A DNA stretch of 53,943 nt, taken from the NCBI GenBank assembly GCA_019309815.1, contig JAFDFO010000005.1:1-53943 (forward strand), in the 5' to 3' direction. Below the pieces are notes generated by a model, which saw nothing but the letters and a program-made list of their open reading frames with translations, did not search any database and was not told where the DNA came from. The position numbers were made by a program, and so were the translations under genes. The DNA is from Deltaproteobacteria bacterium (lineage in GTDB: Bacteria; Desulfobacterota; Desulfobacteria; Desulfobacterales; C00003060). This document shows positions 51,176 through 53,943 of this stretch, in pieces (positions within the stretch are counted from its first letter, which is position 1; every line of letters begins with the position of its first letter).

Positions 51176-53479
51176 TTATGACGGTCTTCGTTTCCTGCTG
51201 AATATGATGAGGCCTACAATAATTCCGACTACAGACATAAAGGACACAACTGTTCCGGCTTTGAAGCTCGAGGGGCTGAATACAAAGCGGACATGATGCC
51301 TCCCGGGCTCCAGGGACACGGTTCGAAACAAGTAGTTCCCCGTCAAAAGGGTCCTCTTCTTGCCGTTGACATAGGCCTGCCATCCCGGGTAGTTGATTTC
51401 GCTCATGACCAGGAAGCCCGGCGTATTCAGTTTGGCGTCAACGCTTATCTCATCACACGCATAGGAAAGGACCCGGCACATCTCCCCATGGTCTCCACGG
51501 TCTTCTCCGCCCGCAGTTTCAGGAACGTCCGGCGCGCTGCTGAAGACGACCATCTTCATGGGATCAAATTCGTCTCCCATCATATAGTCGAGGGTCTCAT
51601 GGTCATCCTTCACAACAGCTTGGTGAACAATGTGGGCCCTCGGAACAAAGGCCTTTCTTTCCGTGAGTTCAGCGGAAGCACAATCGACCACATATTTGAG
51701 ATTTAGCATGTTGATCAGAGGATTGTCCACGCTTCTTATGTAGTGCATGTTCACAACTTTGTTGTCCGCAGGGATTTGCTGGCTCTTGTTCACATATTGC
51801 ACATACCGTTTCAATATTAAAGGATCATAACCCTGGATATCCTGGAATTGATGCAGGAGCCCGGCATTTTCAGGAAAGCAACCGTTGCTCACTACAGCTC
51901 GGTAGACATCACGATCCAGTTTGAGCTGCCGGGTCAGATACGCTTGTTTCGGGGAAGGTTCAAGATGAACAGTTCGGATTAACGGGAATGCAAACGACCC
52001 CATGTCTGCCACGGAAATCAGTATTAGCAGGCTGCCTGTCGTTGCATAAGACGGGAGACCCTTGCGGTAAAGGAAGAATAGAATAACGATGATAAGAAAG
52101 ATGCCGGTGCCCCTCAAAATTGCACTTGTCACGACCGTGTGCACCTGGCCGATTTGATCGATGGTGAGTCCAGTCGGTTTGGAGAGCTTGAAAAGGACGT
52201 AGAAGAAACTGTATGGGTGAACATGACTCCAGACCGCCAGGACCAGAAGAAATGATAGACCAGCAAGGACAACCATACGGGGCATTCCGGAAAAAACAGT
52301 CCCGTTTGTAAGATGGTTCAGACCCATACCGGCAAGCACCGCTACTGCAAAGACATATAGAAAAAGGATTTGAGCAGGTATACGAAAATGGTGAAACCCA
52401 GGAAGATAGTAAATGAACCTGTAAAGAGGATTATATTTTCCAAGCGATAGAAACAAGGCAAGCACAAGCAATAGAACGAAGAACATACCTGCACGATCTG
52501 CCACAATCCTTCTGATAGCGACGACCATTAGCACTAAAGCACATATGCCTGTATACCCACAGTACTCCCAAAACGTCCAACTCGCATCGCTTATCCAGAA
52601 AGTTTTATTTCCGGGCACGCCGTAAAGATCCGGAATAAGAAACGTCATGAAGTTTTTTGGGGGGAAAGAATCGATAGTGGCGAATTCGTAGCTGGTGCCC
52701 CCTGCACGGGTAGAGAGCTGCATGAATTCATAAGTCGGTAAGAGTTGCAGAGCGGCCAAACAGAATCCAATAACAAGAATCGCCCCCATGCCGATTGCGG
52801 CCCATGCAACGTATTGGCCACTTCTTCGTTGCGGTCCGAGACACACAGAATAAAGGGCGTACAGAAGTGCCCCGAGGATCGTGTAAAAGGCGATTTGTGG
52901 AAAACCGCCCAAGATTTGAACCCCGAGAAAGGTGCCTGCTAGGATGGCGTGTTTCGGCCGCGGTGTGCTCAAAAACTTGTGCAGATAGAAGAATACAAGG
53001 GGTATCCAGACGTAGCTGTGGATAAGGGTCAAATGTCCAGCATAAAGATGAGCCATCAAGAATCCATTGTACGAAAAAATCGTGGCGGACAGCAGAGCCC
53101 CCATTTTGTTGACAGAAAGAGAGCGGACAAAAACGTACATGAACAGGGAGCCCAGGATGAAATGCAATATGATGGTATAGCCGTAAGCAACTCCTGTGGG
53201 CAGCACGTAAAAAAGGAAATCGAGTGGATAAAACATGGAGGCTTGAATATTGGCAATAAAAGGTTTGCCTGAGAAAACGTAAGGATTCCAAAAGGGAAGC
53301 GTCCCGGCAGACCACACATGGTCATGTAGGAATCTCTTCCAGGGGTAGAACTGGAGAACAAAATCAGAGCCGAAAAGTGGGTTCCCTGAAAGGATAATCT
53401 TCGCGAAAAAAAACAAGACGGACAGGATAAGCAGGGAAATAGGAACAATCTCCGACAGAAGACCGCTACTTCTTGACAT
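51176..53479 (-). CDS. YfhO-family GT-C membrane glycosyltransferase
   Basis: GSDFVLQFYPWKRFLHDHVWSAGTLPFWNPYVFSGKPF. C-terminal NYPGWQAYVNGKK...GRHHVRFVF beta-domain and a terminal TM. Confidence 0.75.
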   Translation of the reverse strand: MSRSSGLLSEIVPISLLILSVLFFFAKIILSGNPLFGSDFVLQFYPWKRFLHDHVWSAGTLPFWNPYVFSGKPFIANIQASMFYPLDFLFYVLPTGVAYGYTIILHFILGSLFMYVFVRSLSVNKMGALLSATIFSYNGFLMAHLYAGHLTLIHSYVWIPLVFFYLHKFLSTPRPKHAILAGTFLGVQILGGFPQIAFYTILGALLYALYSVCLGPQRRSGQYVAWAAIGMGAILVIGFCLAALQLLPTYEFMQLSTRAGGTSYEFATIDSFPPKNFMTFLIPDLYGVPGNKTFWISDASWTFWEYCGYTGICALVLMVVAIRRIVADRAGMFFVLLLVLALFLSLGKYNPLYRFIYYLPGFHHFRIPAQILFLYVFAVAVLAGMGLNHLTNGTVFSGMPRMVVLAGLSFLLVLAVWSHVHPYSFFYVLFKLSKPTGLTIDQIGQVHTVVTSAILRGTGIFLIIVILFFLYRKGLPSYATTGSLLILISVADMGSFAFPLIRTVHLEPSPKQAYLTRQLKLDRDVYRAVVSNGCFPENAGLLHQFQDIQGYDPLILKRYVQYVNKSQQIPADNKVVNMHYIRSVDNPLINMLNLKYVVDCASAELTERKAFVPRAHIVHQAVVKDDHETLDYMMGDEFDPMKMVVFSSAPDVPETAGGEDRGDHGEMCRVLSYACDEISVDAKLNTPGFLVMSEINYPGWQAYVNGKKRTLLTGNYLFRTVSLEPGRHHVRFVFSPSSFKAGTVVSFMSVVGIIVGLIIFSRKRRPS

Positions 53480-53667
53480 GATGTGAATATCCTATCCGTT
53501 GTGACGTCAGCATGAACAGCGACCTAAATTCATCGGTGCCTCAGAACGGTGCCTACTTGTACATCAATGGGTCTGCGGCTTGTCAACTGCGTACAAACAG
53601 GATGATTGACGGTAAGATCATCATCAAGACTCTCTCCTCAAGGCACAGACACCTGAACAAGAACAGA

Positions 53668-53943
53668 TCACTTCTGGTGTTTCAGTACAATGACTAATGG
53701 AGTAGTAAACGGAATTGGAATCAGATTCAAAGCATTGATCAAGCCTGTTTTTTCCAAGAAGTAGTAAAAGGGGAGGAAATATCTCTGTCTTCTGGCAAAC
53801 CCCGCCTCGCGAAGTCTTTGGAAGCTTTCCAGGACCACGCCCCTTTCAAATTTGATGTCCAAAGCGCATGACTTGCAGGCACGCCGAAGTTTTCGTGCCG
53901 TTACAAAATTCAATCCACCCCACAATGGAGAATGCTTAAGACT
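53668..53943 (-). CDS. Possible 3' end of a gene entering from the right edge; function unknown
   Basis: The frame is open to the window edge (..SLKHSPLWGGLNFVTARKLRRACKSCALDIKFERGVV..). Its last 20 codons run through an octamer-repeat copy at 53696-53722, so the true stop and the reality of the ORF are doubtful. Confidence 0.25.
   Translation of the reverse strand, partial: SLKHSPLWGGLNFVTARKLRRACKSCALDIKFERGVVLESFQRLREAGFARRQRYFLPFYYFLEKTGLINALNLIPIPFTTPLVIVLKHQK
53696..53722. repeat. Short copy of the TGGA-N4 repeat family
   Basis: aaTGGAgtagtaaacggaatTGGAatc resembles the reverse complement of 2898-2938 (caatTGGAataaTGGAatatTGGAgtga). Confidence 0.45.

Noticed and set aside
53406-53413. 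Homopolymer tracts inside glycosyltransferase genes as phase-variation switches. Examples are A8/T8 at 53406-53413 near the 5' end of the YfhO gene, A8 at 23679-23686 and A8 at about 33407-33414.
   Set aside because: The runs are only 8 nt and encode Phe or Lys runs expected in TM or basic segments. All frames are intact. Read-level length heterogeneity would be needed before claiming phase variation.
1-53943. CRISPR arrays, tRNA/rRNA genes, integrases or recombinases, toxin-antitoxin pairs and known defence-system signatures.
   Set aside because: None were found on reading either strand. The only repeats are the inverted gene duplication and the short octamer arrays described above.

Overview
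The window has two parts. Bases 1-11.5 kb are ordinary housekeeping genes at about 53-60% GC in spot counts. They include a WecA/MraY-type transferase, a long-form GAPDH, a dynamin-like GTPase, glgC, a dapB-like gene, a nitroreductase and a sugar-phosphate isomerase. Bases 12.2-53.5 kb form one very large envelope-glycosylation supercluster in four tightly packed, alternately oriented operons. It holds about ten polytopic GT-C-type membrane glycosyltransferases (ArnT/PMT-like with TPR, four YfhO-like, a GT87/DUF2029 type and a TMTC-like TPR protein). It also holds three Dpm1/GtrB/CsbB-like GT2 enzymes, a heptose-activation module, a TPP-dependent E1 alpha/beta pair, six radical SAM enzymes (four B12-binding, two paralogous SPASM-like), two methyltransferases and a YdjC-type deacetylase. 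No Wzx, Wzy, Wzz or ABC exporter is present. No rRNA, tRNA, CRISPR array, intact IS element or recombinase was seen. The strongest observations are listed here.
1. Two mosaic YfhO-like paralogues of about 2.7 kb sit in inverted orientation around a 10-kb low-GC cassette of B12-radical SAM enzymes, and one copy is split by a 1-nt frameshift.
2. A GT2 / B12-radical SAM / YdjC-deacetylase trio merges the FlmF2-NaxD-FlmK and HpnI-J-K pathway logics.
3. A heptose + E1 alpha/beta + twin radical SAM module suggests a branched higher-carbon sugar.
4. An in-frame TAG lies inside a conserved transposase-type HTH motif of an otherwise open 1.2-kb frame.
5. A family of 8-nt-periodic TCCA/TGGA repeats occurs at four or more intergenic sites.
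All functional calls come from motif reading of the translations. No database search was possible.
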